Shown here piece after piece: positions 39,120 to 49,368 of a stretch of 64,000 nt of DNA. Both the position numbers and the translations under genes were made by a program. The DNA is from Lama glama (taxonomy: Eukaryota): contig CM052818.1 in NCBI GenBank assembly GCA_028534125.1, positions 19,098,001 to 19,162,000 of the forward strand, in the 5' to 3' direction. Each line of letters opens with the position of its first letter. Within the stretch, counting starts at the first letter, position 1. The notes under the pieces are model-generated. The model saw nothing but the letters and a program-made list of their open reading frames with translations, was not told the DNA's origin and did not search any database.

Positions 39120-39570
39120 TTCAATAAATGAAGCAGGTTAAATACATAAAGGTTAATTCTCTCCCATATAAGAAGACTAGAGATAGGCATTCCTCTGTTA
39201 TGCAAGTTCATTTCATCATCTTACTCCATCACAATGTGGCTTCCATTCTCAAAGTCACCTCATGAATCAGTATGGCAGCTGGAGCCCCAGCCATCACATC
39301 CACATTCTAGGAAGCATGACTAAGGAAGGAGAAATAATGGAAGGGTAAAAGGGCACCCATTTCTATGGAATTAGCTTCCTTTATGCAGCTTTCCTGAAAG
39401 TCCAACATAATATTTTGCTAGAACTTAAAAACACAGTCTCACCTAACTACAAAGGAGGTTAAAGAATATAGCCTTTTAATTGGGCACACTGATACTACAA
39501 ATAAAATGGGTGTTCTGTTGCTGACAAAGAGGTGGGAAATGGATCTGAGTGTAAACCAGCAGTCTCACTA
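39120..39570 (-). mobile_element. MaLR LTR (MLT1J-like)
   Basis: atggcagctggagccccagccatcacatccacattctag...cacctaactacaaagga. Confidence 0.6.
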
Positions 39571-41235
39571 AGAAGTCAAACCCAAACATTTATTGGCATT
39601 TTAATAGGGAACCAAAGAGTAATGAAAGAAGATACAGCAGAGGGATGAGATGGAAACTGTAAAACGCCAGGAATACCTGCCAGTGTGAAATTTGGGAAGG
39701 CACCATGTTAATAAATGACTATATATATAAACACATACACATTTAACATGGAATTAATGTAAGCCACATGATCATTAATCAATCCAAAGTACCTGGAACA
39801 GGTTATTGGCATATAGCAGGTGCTCCACAGATATTTTTGAATTGGAATATAGAAATATTTTTGAATACCTATAATGTTAAATTAAAAAGTAAGTTAAAAG
39901 TGGTGTACAAAATATCTCATAATTTTAATAGAATTAAATATGTATGTGTAGATAGAGAGATAGAGCCAGCTAACTAGGCAGAAGAGTCATTAAAATGACT
40001 GATAATACAAATTCTCTCTGGATAATGGGATAGAATTTGGGTTTTTTTTTTGTTTTTTGAATTTTCCAATTATTCTAGGTTATTTATACATTACTTACAT
40101 AGTCTTTAAAAAGCTATATCAAAATCAATTTAGGACAAACTAATGCATATATGGCTTTACCTACAGAACAAAAGGAAATCAGATTTTAAAATAAGAGAGA
40201 ATTGAAATACACATTTAAGACTCACTTAATAAAAAGCAATTTGGCATTGGAAGAAAGAGCTCATGGAGACATTTAGACATGAAACCCACAGCTTTCTGGA
40301 CAAGAACATTAGGAGGCAAGGAGTGGTCTCAAGTGGTTTCATAGCAACTCCTCACCCTAGGATTCTGGGCTTCATTTCCAAGCTCTTTGTAAACAGACAG
40401 ACATCAGTGACTTCATTAATCCTCAAGCATCATGGTGATATAAAGATGACAAAGTACATTATTTGCAAAGACAGATATAGAAACTGGAGCCCAGGAAGGT
40501 TTTAACACTTGACTGTGCACCCAATATGTTCCTCATTTGTCCCTCTTTTCCTCTGCAACCACAGCTGATCCCCCTTGTCCCCCAAGCCCCGCATGTGGTG
40601 GTATATGTGGAGAAACTGAAAGTTTGCCATGAAATTGACTTCATTAAGCCCCAGTCCATTTATATCTGACTCTCACTCTGGAAGGAAAACACTCATCTTT
40701 GAGCTTCATGGGATCAGTTATTGCATGTACTAAAGTCCTATTGAGGGGCTGAAAGGCCAGTGAATGAGGTCATGGGATATAAAAGACAAAGACTCTTCCC
40801 TTCTTCTCACCCATATCTACTCTCCACTTGCCAACAGTTCTTTGAGCACAATGTGCTCTTTCCTGATTCCACACTTGCACCTAGCTCAACTCTGCTGACT
40901 GGGATATTTCCTTTCTTCCAGTACATCTGAACCCTACCCATCCTTCAGGACCAGCCTGCATACAGCCTGCTACCCCAAATTTCTTCTGACTCCTGCAGTC
41001 CTCACCACAGGCCCCTTTCTCTGACCTCCTATGATCAGTATCACAGCTGATCCCTCATTTGTCTCTCTTTTCCTCTGCAGCCACAGCTGATCCTCCCTGT
41101 CCCAGTGCTGATTCCATAGTTAGTAGTCAGCTACTAACTGTGTCTGCTGAATTGAGTCCTTACTGATTCCCATATGTCTATCTTGTCTTTCCAGCCAGGC
41201 TTTTTAAGCTCTTTCAGGGAGAGCAGAGCTGATCT

Positions 41236-41251
41236 CACACACTCACACTCA

Positions 41252-41288
<37 letters not shown>
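41236..41288. repeat. (CA)n microsatellite
   Basis: Interrupted CA repeat followed by a pure run. Confidence 0.9.
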
Positions 41289-41291
<3 letters not shown>

Positions 41292-41409
41292 GATAGAGCT
41301 CATAGCACACTGCTTTGTATCTGGTAGATTCTTAATAAATATCTATTCTTGATTATTTGGAAACATATCAAGAGTCAGTGGCACAATCATAGGAATCCTG
41401 AACAAGTTC

Positions 41410-41820
41410 AGTTGCAAGACAGAGAGTATCATGATCCAGCTATACGTTGTCTACAAGAGACTCGCTTCATATCCAAAGACACAAACACACTGAAAGTGAA
41501 AGGATGGAAAAAGATATTCCCTGCAAACAATAATCAAAAGAGAGATGGAGTGGTTATACTAATATCAGGCAAATAAACGTTAAGTAAAAATTGGTACAAA
41601 AGACAAAAAAAGACATTGTATATTGATAAAAGTGTAAATCCATCAAGAAGTTACAGCAATTGTGAACATATGTACAACAAACAAGGCCCCAAAACGTATG
41701 AAGCAAATGCTGACATATTTGAAGGAGAAATAGTTTTATAGTAATAGTTAAAGACTTCAATATCCACTTTTAAAAACGGATAATACAACTAGATAATAGA
41801 TCAGTAAGGAAATACAGGCT
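41410..41820 (+). mobile_element. L1 ORF2 endonuclease-domain fragment
   Basis: Translates as DPAIRCLQETRFISKDTNTLKVKGWKKIFPANNNQKRDGVVILIS, the classic L1 EN N-terminus, now disrupted by stops. Confidence 0.9.
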
Positions 41821-42652
41821 TATTTAGTCCAAAAGTTAACTCCTCTCTCCAAAAACCAGTTGGAAAGGAAAAGAGCAAGGTCACCCCTGTTACGGGAAAT
41901 ACCTCTACTCCAGTGGCGGCATTGCTGTTCTATACTGTTCAGCTGCACATTACTGTGAGCTGCCACCTTGGGCACCAAGGCTGCCCTCCTCTCAGGTCAC
42001 AAGTCCAGACTCAACCCTTCTCTTCAGATCTCACAGAGTGCCAGGGAGATGGACCTATGGGGCATCCATTGGTTACATCCTGTCCTACCAAAGCATTTAG
42101 ACATTTGTCTAAGTCTAGACTTTACTCAGATTCCTCTTTGTCAGAAAACTTTCAAGAGGACTTTCTCCCGGAAACTGGGCTGTGGTTAGACTGCCCCTTA
42201 CCTTTCCTCAGCAGGCTCTCTGACATCAGATTCAGGGAAGACAGATTAGATGTTTTTCCTTTCCATCCCTTGGGTGAAATTGCTTCACTCCTCCTTGGCC
42301 ACCACCCTGTAAAACATGGTGTGAAGGTTTTTGCCAAATCACATAAAACATGAAAGGTCTCGTGAAACCCGAATTTCAGAAGAGTAAGGGGAAGAGGGTT
42401 TCTGCATTTGTACAACTAAGAGAGCTACTCAAGAGACACTTCACAGCATAGAGATGATCAGCCTCTCTAGATTTTACATTATATTTTCATATATATATAG
42501 TATCCTGTTACACACAACAAATTACTAATGAATAATACAAACAATAAATATTAGAGGAGTTCTGAGATCAGGAGGATCAAAGAGGCTTAGAGGCACTCAG
42601 GACATTTTGAATTTGCTATTTGAAATGCAGAATTTTTCATCAAAATGTTACC

Positions 42653-42733
42653 CACTTGCTGTAAACCTGAAACACTTTGCTGTACAACAGAAACTAACAC
42701 AATATCATAAATAAACTATAGTTTAATAAAAAA
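42653..42733 (+). mobile_element. Short L1 3' terminus (laurasiatherian/artiodactyl type)
   Basis: cactttgctgtaca..agaaactaacaca...aaataaactata..ttaataaaaaa. Confidence 0.6.
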
Positions 42734-42863
42734 GTTTTTAATATTACCAACAGATTAATTTTTGAGAAAGTATTTTGTGAAGCAAACTCCTTTATTCAAG
42801 TTTAATTTCATAATCAATTTTCTTTTTAGCACAGTTAAACTGTTTCCAACTTTATCTATTTTT

Positions 42864-43000
42864 AAATTTTATTTCTTTATTTTTGGGGGGCTTTTGAGGG
42901 AATTAATTAGGTTTTATTTATTTAATGGAAGTACTGGGGATTGAACCCAGGATCCTGTGCATGCTAAGCATGCATTCTACCACTGAGCTATACCCTCCCC
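42864..43000 (-). mobile_element. tRNA-Ala-derived SINE (camelid vic-1-like)
   Basis: Reverse complement GGGGAGGGTATAGCTCAGTGGTAGAATGCATGCTTAGCATGCAC...GGGTTCAATCCCCAGTACTTCC, with the same AAATAAA..CCTAATTA tail as the copy at 30029. Flanking CTATTTTT repeats. Confidence 0.9.
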
Positions 43001-43089
43001 ACTATTTTTTTATTTAAAATAAATTATTTTTCTTAGGATAAGTTCTTTTCTTTTTCCATTTTTTAATAAAGATCTGCTTGATTAGTTAC

Positions 43090-43628
43090 ATTTGAATTTA
43101 TTTTTAACAGCTTTATTGAGATACAATTTACATAAACAATTCACACATTTAAAATGTACAATTTGATGCTTTTTAGTATATTCACAGAGCTGTGCAATCA
43201 TCACCACAATCAATTTTAGAATATTTTTATCACTCTCAAATGAAACCTCATTCTCCCTCAATCCCTCAGCCCTAAGCAACTGCTAAGTTACTATGTCTTA
43301 ATGAATTTTCCTATTCTGGACATGTCAAACAAATGAAATCATACACCATGTCATCTTTTGTGATTGGTCTCTTTCATTTAGGATAAGGCTTTCAAGATTC
43401 ACTCATGTTGTAGCATGAATCAATACTTCATTCCTTCTTATTGCTGAATATTCCATTGTATGGATACACCACATTGTACTAATCTATTTATTCATCAGTT
43501 GATGGACATATGGGTTATTTCCACTTTTTGGCTATTATGAATAATGCTGCTACGTACATCTATGTACAAGTTTTTGTGTGGGTGTATGTTTTCATTTCTC
43601 TTGGGTATATACCTATAAGTGAAATCAT
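43090..43628 (-). mobile_element. L1MB-like 3' end
   Basis: aacagctttattgagatacaattta...ttcatttctcttgggtatataccta. Confidence 0.85.
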
Positions 43629-43730
43629 CAATTGGTTGCATTTCACCTTACCTAATTTTCCTGGATAATAAGACTGCCGTTGTGATTTCTTTTACAAAAT
43701 ACAGAAGGACATAGACAGAAACAGAGACTC

Positions 43731-43731
43731 T

Positions 43732-43753
<22 letters not shown>
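43731..43753. repeat. (GA)n microsatellite
   Basis: About 11 GA units followed by a G-run. Confidence 0.9.
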
Positions 43754-43765
<12 letters not shown>

Positions 43766-46209
43766 TATCTGCTCAGGTGTCTTGCCTGAAGTTCTTAAAA
43801 ATAGCAGAATCAAATGTTCTACAGTTGAAATGATAGCAGTCAAAGTGATTGGGCCACCTACAAAGGAAAAGTTTTCTGGATGGAAAAAAAAAGATCTAAT
43901 CAGAGTTGAAATGTGTACATGAAGAACTAGAGAAGAGAAAGAAGAGGGCCATAGCATAAGCAAAGTGCTGGTAATTGGGCTGAGTATGGAGTACTTGGGG
44001 CATAAGTAGGAAGTAGTAGAAGGTGAGGCTGGAATGATTTGTTGGGAATCACCTAGGGCTTTAAATGGCAGCTTCAGGGTTTAAAGACTAATTTTTATAG
44101 TTTTGAAGGAACCATTGGAGACTGTGATCTAGGGACAGCAGTCATATGATCAGATCAAATGGGCATGATCAAGGGCAATGATGGGCAGGTACAGGCAAGA
44201 TGGACCAAAGCAGGGAGACATCTGAGATAGCAAGCCCCCATCCTTTGCAGGCTGTTGCAACAATTTAGGGCTGAGATGAAGGCTTTGAGGATAGCCAGAG
44301 ATATATTGATTCATTGGGCAAAAGTAGCATTCATCATGGTATTGGTTCCCCAAAGGACCAGTGCTTATGTTCAGGGAACTCATCATTTCCCTATTATATA
44401 AATTGATTAGGTCATTCAGAGCCAAAATTGATGCCAGGGGTTTGCTACTAATCAAGCTAGAATAACAAGCTGGAGAACAAGGCCCTCAGCCAACTGGGCA
44501 AGGAGCAGGTCCAGAGGCACAGAACACTGCAGCAAAGCACTCTGTCCCTGCTGTGAGAGTCTGACCAAAGAAAGCCACTGAGAGTTCTGGCAATGCCCTT
44601 CAGCTGTGTCTGGAGACTTCAGGGCCAACTCCTGGAGTGACACTTCTAGGACTTCTGTCAGCTAACCAGTCAAGTGGAATCCAGCCCTGGAAGTCCATAT
44701 CTGGGCTGTTCCGCCTGTCTGCAGTAGCTTGTAGAGATGGCAGTATTGCAGGGATGGGGAAACAGGCTGGAGTGACACCAGTGGTGAGCCTAGGGGAGGC
44801 AAAGCCTTGGAGAAAATAGTTGAAGTGCATTATGCCAATAATAACAATAATCTGCAATGGCAATAATTTATGTTTGCATAAAGCTCCCATTTGCTCCAGA
44901 AAAAGGCGAAGGGGGCTCTATTTTCTCAGTGGATGAGATGTTCTCCCCTACACACAAAGGTTCCCTTGCCCCTTTCTGAGAAGATCACTGCAAAACTAGC
45001 CACATGCCACCCAGTATGAGCAAGGCTGGTTCTGACTTGGTGGTGGTGGAGTCTCTCCCATTTGTTCCTTCCCTAACACAAAGGAGAGTGCAGTTGGCTC
45101 CATCTATAAACTGCAGTAGAATTTCTAGGAAGTTCCAAGTCTCCAGTGCGCCCTGATTTTGGAAAAGCAACATCCCAGGTCAGATGCCTTTTAGCCTCTC
45201 CACAGCTCTCTTGCTCCCCACCCCCACCCTCTGCCCTCCAGTCTTCATGTTGGGGCACGGGGTCAGAAGGACGTGGTTTCCAGGCCTTGAAATGCTCAGT
45301 GAATGGTAGAGGTTTGTTAAGGAATCACACTGAGTCTTCTGGTGTTTAGAGGACTGACAATGCCGTTACTTTGGGTCTATATTAGCTTGAGTATTTTCCA
45401 TTATGGAGGTCAGATGGCCAGAGATTTGGAGTGGGGGGCCAGTTCTGTACCTGTCACAGTTCACCCACCTAGGGTATCTAAGCAGTTTCCATCATTATCT
45501 TTATTTTCTGTCGTCTGTATCGTCTCATCATCATCAGGGTCCCCCTCTCCTGTGGAAGCCGGACGGACAGAGAAGGGGCTGGTTGCTTTCTGTCTGTACC
45601 AAGGGCAGTCCTTGCCACAGAACTTAGGGACCCGGGAAATGCCGGCCAAGTCCAGCGGAGAATCTCCCACGATAGAGCTGAGCCCCCGCGGCGGCGTTTC
45701 ACTGTTGCGGCGGGGCGGAGGGGGTGACTATTACGCGCCCCCACCACCCCCGCTACCTCCGGCGCTCGAGAGTGCAACCTTCCCGCCGCGGACCTGGGGG
45801 TGGGGGGGTGGCGGGAGCCAGCTAGTGAGCTCTCCGTACGCCTCCTCTACCCACCCTGCCACAGCCAGGTTCCTATCCAGGGTCCGCCACCCTGGGCTAG
45901 AGGGTCAGGGAGCTGGGGTGGCGAGCGGAGATCCAGCAGCCGGGTGGACCTGAACGCTTCCTCCTCCGGTGGCACCTTGGTCCCCTACTCGAGCCTGACT
46001 CCTCCCCCGTCTCTATTCCGCAGAGTCTCCGCCCTGTAAGCACTCAGTTTCTGTGACCGCACCTGCCCGAGGGGTTGAAGGGACACACGGAGATCGAAAG
46101 GGAAATGGAGAGGGTTTGGGGAGCACAGCGTAGCAGGGTGACCCGCTCGTCCCACGCCGCGCGGGTCCCCGCAACCCCAGCGCCGCCCGCCCCGCGGCTG
46201 CGGCACCGA

Positions 46210-46230
46210 TGCGCTGTCCGCGGTGCTGAC
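46210..46230 (-). promoter_or_regulatory. RE1/NRSE element (REST/NRSF binding site)
   Basis: The minus strand reads GTCAGCACCGCGGACAGCGCA, against the consensus TTCAGCACCACGGACAGCGCC. Both half-sites and the 2-nt spacer are intact. Confidence 0.85.
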
Positions 46231-47354
46231 GCCTACCGCCCGCTCGGTAGGAAGGGGGAGGAGACGCCCTCATTCCCTGGTCGCCCGGAGCCAAGTGACC
46301 CTACCCCCACTCCTAAGCAGGATTGTTTCCCCAAAGGAACCCTCAGAGTCCTCGCGCTGTGGATGGATCCAGGAAGAAGAAGCGAGCAAGAGGGAACTTA
46401 AACTCAGGACTAGGGTCGGAGAACCCGGTGTCGGGGGATTAGCATCGTTTGGCCCCAGCACCTGAGACAGCAGGGCACCATCAAGTTGAGCAAAGTTTGG
46501 AGGCAGCTTGGAGATAAGGGAGCGATTCTGGAGACGAAGTGCTGGGAGGGGCTGGACTGGGTTCCCTGGCAGGGTGGTAGCCAACACCGCAGTCCGACAC
46601 CTGCTTCGGTGCCCCGCATTAGTGCCACCAGAACGACTGAGAGGCGTCGCAGGAGCCCAACTCCCCACCCCTTCCCTCCCTTCCTCCCCACCCCCCAACA
46701 CCCCGCCCCGGGCGCCGGTGACTCCGCCTCTCTGTGCCGGGCGGCTCTCCGGCTGGAGCTGGAAAGGGAGCGCTTCCCCGGACTCCGCTCAGTTCCGAGG
46801 CTCCGAAGCCGACGCCGCCAGCTCAATCCCGGGGGCGGGAGCTGGACTGCCCGCAGAGCCTGCGCCCGGGAGTCGCCGAGCCAGGAACGCCTCATGGGAC
46901 GCCCCCAGGGTCTCTTTTCGTGCCCTAAAGCCGTGTCCCAGTCCTAGGCGCCCGGGCTCTACAGCCCGCCCCGCCCGCAGCTCGCGGCCTGCCTGGAGAG
47001 GAGTATGAGGCCCGGGGCCCCGCAGACGCCGGCCACAAGGCGGCAGGGGCCTAGCTTCAGACCCCCGCGCCCGAGGGCGGCGGTTGAGGAGCCGCGGGAT
47101 CCGGCGAGGCGTCGGGGCGCGGAAAGGAGCGCTCCAGCTCCGGCGCCCGGAGGGCCGCGGGACCCGTGTGCGGCCTGAGCCCCGAGGAGGAGGCGGCGGC
47201 GGAGGCGCCCTGCCGTCCCGGCTCTGGAGGAGGCGGCGAGGGGCGCGGCAGCCCCCGACCCCTGGCCACCATCCTCACGCTTCTGCTCCCGCCGAGGGGA
47301 TGTCGCGGCCCAGGCCCCGAGCGCCGCCCCGGCCCTGGGGCTGAGCTCCGGACC

Positions 47355-47745
47355 ATGTCCTCCCGCAGCCCCCGGCCCCCGCCCCGCCGCTGCCGCCGCC
47401 GCCTGCCGCGCCCCTCCTGCTGCTGCTGCTGCTGCCGCCGCTCGCACCTCAACGAAGACACCGGCCGCTTCGTGCTGCTGGCGGCGCTCATCGGCCTCTA
47501 CCTGGTGGCGGGCGCCACAGTCTTCTCGGCGCTCGAGAGCCCGGGCGAGGCGGAGGCGCGGGCGCGCTGGGGCGCCACTCTGCGCAACTTCAGCGCGGCG
47601 CACGGAGTGGCCGAGCCGGAGCTGCGCGCCTTCCTCCGGCACTACGAGGCCGCGCTGGCCGCAGGCGTCCGAGCCGACGCGCTGCGCCCACGCTGGGACT
47701 TTCCCGGCGCCTTCTACTTCGTGGGCACCGTGGTATCGACCATAG
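47355..47745 (+). CDS. KCNK12: KCNK12 (THIK-2 / K2P12.1) coding exon 1; the gene continues beyond the window
   Basis: ATG at 47355 (ACCATGT) starts MSSRSPRPPPRRCRRRLPRPSCCCCCCRRSHLNEDTGRFVLLAALIGLYLVAGATVFSALE...WDFPGAFYFVGTVVSTIG. This is the THIK-2 N-terminus, M1 helix, cap and pore helix 1. The exon ends at ATAG|GTGAG, a phase-1 donor at 47746 that splits the TIG(FG) selectivity filter. 391 coding nt. Confidence 0.97.
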
Positions 47746-49352
47746 GTGAGCGACGCGCCCCGCGTGCAACTTTCCTCTCTGAGCCTTTCACCTGCCGTCC
47801 CTTCCACTGCTCAGGGCTCTATCGGCGTCCCTCGCCTCCCTCTTCCCTTCTAATGCCCGGTTGCCTACTTTCATCTCGCCTGCTCCTCCCCGCGCGTCCC
47901 CCTCCTCCTGCCCCATCTCTCTCTTTACTGGCTTTCAGCACAGGAGGTGGCCTGAGAGGCCCATCTCTGGCACTCACCCAGCAGTGACTGCCTGGCAGAG
48001 AGGCTAAATGGGGAGAACCCTCACTCAGGCGCTGGGCAGACCCGGGGCCACCCGCGCGCTCCAGCACTTGCCAGCTCGGTGACCTAACCTCGTGTGTCTG
48101 TTTTCGCCTCTAAAAAAGCACTTGGGAGAATATTTAACAAAGGCCTGCTGCTTCCTTCCTATTTCTCACACTCCCTGATCCTCAGTTTCCTCATCCAGGT
48201 GATTTGGAAAGCCCTTCTTCTCTCCTCTCACAGCATTTTTATCTTCTCTCTCTTTCCCCGCACCTTCTCTCTTCTTTTACCACGCGTTTTCCCTAGAGTC
48301 TTCTAGCTCTTTTACCCTGAGGAAGGTGACCACTTTCCGCAGAATAATCCCTAGATCTCCTTCTCACTTTTTTCCTGCAGTCTACACCACGTCCTCCGGA
48401 AAGAAAAGCCTATTAGACTTGGAGAATTGGACCTCAGCCATTCTTGTTCTGAGCCCCTCTTGCTTTTCTCCCCTTACTCCCTCCATCCTTCTGCAACTTC
48501 CCCTCCAATTTCTTGACCTCTCTTCTTTGTTACTTTGCTGTCTTTTCCAATCATGAACCCATAAGAGCTTATGATTTTGCAACCGTACAAAAAATGCTGT
48601 GTAAATATTCTTTGAAGCCCCCCACTCTTCCTTTCAGTCCTCTAAGCCTCTCCTGTAGAGATTCTGGAGCCACCACTGCTCCCCACTACCCCCCTTCTTC
48701 TTATCCTCTCATCAACTTTTCCCATCCTCCCCTCCTTTTACTGGGCCCTGGGAGTCATATGAAACAGACCTCCTCCCCAGTTGCTGTATAGAGTGCAGAA
48801 TAAACACAATGTTTTCACTTTGGCAAGACTTTGTGTGTGTCCCATCCACTCCTGAGTCCCAGGGTGGAAGAAGGCACTTGGCTGGTGGTACCTCTCATCG
48901 CCCCAAGGCACTGTCTCTTGGTAGTAGTTTTGGAGGAGCAGGCTGGATTCACTGGGCTGAGAAGTGAGGGATTTCATAGACATGCCTTCAGTGGGTAGGT
49001 TCTGGGCTGGTTTGGTGTGCCAGCTTAAAGACAGGGGCATGGACTAACTGACCAGTATAAGCCATTGCAGATGGCGGCTGGGAGGCAGAGAGAAAGATTG
49101 CATCCACGTGCAGAATATGAGCAGCTAGCTCTCTGAGAGTATATGTATAGTCTACGAAAGGGCTTCCGTTCAATGATTTTTCATGTGTCATGTTTGATCT
49201 GATGACTTTAAATAGAAAAAGCAAATATGGCCCAGGTCCAAAGCACACACAAATTGGATAAAAATAACCTTTAAAAGCTATATCATGTTGTTATGGTGAT
49301 TGAAGATATAAAATGACCCCCTTGAAAAAATCCCCTTTTAAGAGCTGCATCA

Positions 49353-49368
49353 AGTTGCTATAGCAACT
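49353..49368. promoter_or_regulatory. RFX X-box palindrome
   Basis: AGTTGCTATAGCAACT is a perfect 16-bp palindrome containing GTTGCTATAGCAAC. Confidence 0.6.

Larger units (their letters stand above)
45560..48060. promoter_or_regulatory. CpG island / KCNK12 promoter and 5' UTR
   Basis: Sharp rise in GC and CpG content compared with CpG-depleted flanks. Contains GC boxes (GGGGCGG at about 45712 and 46832) and overlaps exon 1. Confidence 0.9.

Noticed and set aside
41913..42353. 146-aa ORF as a possible processed pseudogene
   Set aside because: Non-ATG start, no protein I recognise in any frame, and no clear TSD or poly-A boundaries.
30029..43000. Three apparent tRNA-Ala(AGC) genes
   Set aside because: They have A-tails, TSDs, an extra 5' GGGGA leader and stem mismatches, so they are SINEs, not tRNA genes.
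46959..47807. 282-aa antisense ORF, and the 144-aa antisense ORF with a poly-Q run
   Set aside because: Shadow ORFs of the GC-rich KCNK12 exon and CpG island. The poly-Q and poly-A runs are just the reverse reading of the (TGC)n tract, and there is no recognisable domain.
47166..47987. The 273-aa ORF taken as the complete protein
   Set aside because: It starts at a GTG upstream of the true ATG and reads through the splice donor at 47746. Residues after STIG are intronic.
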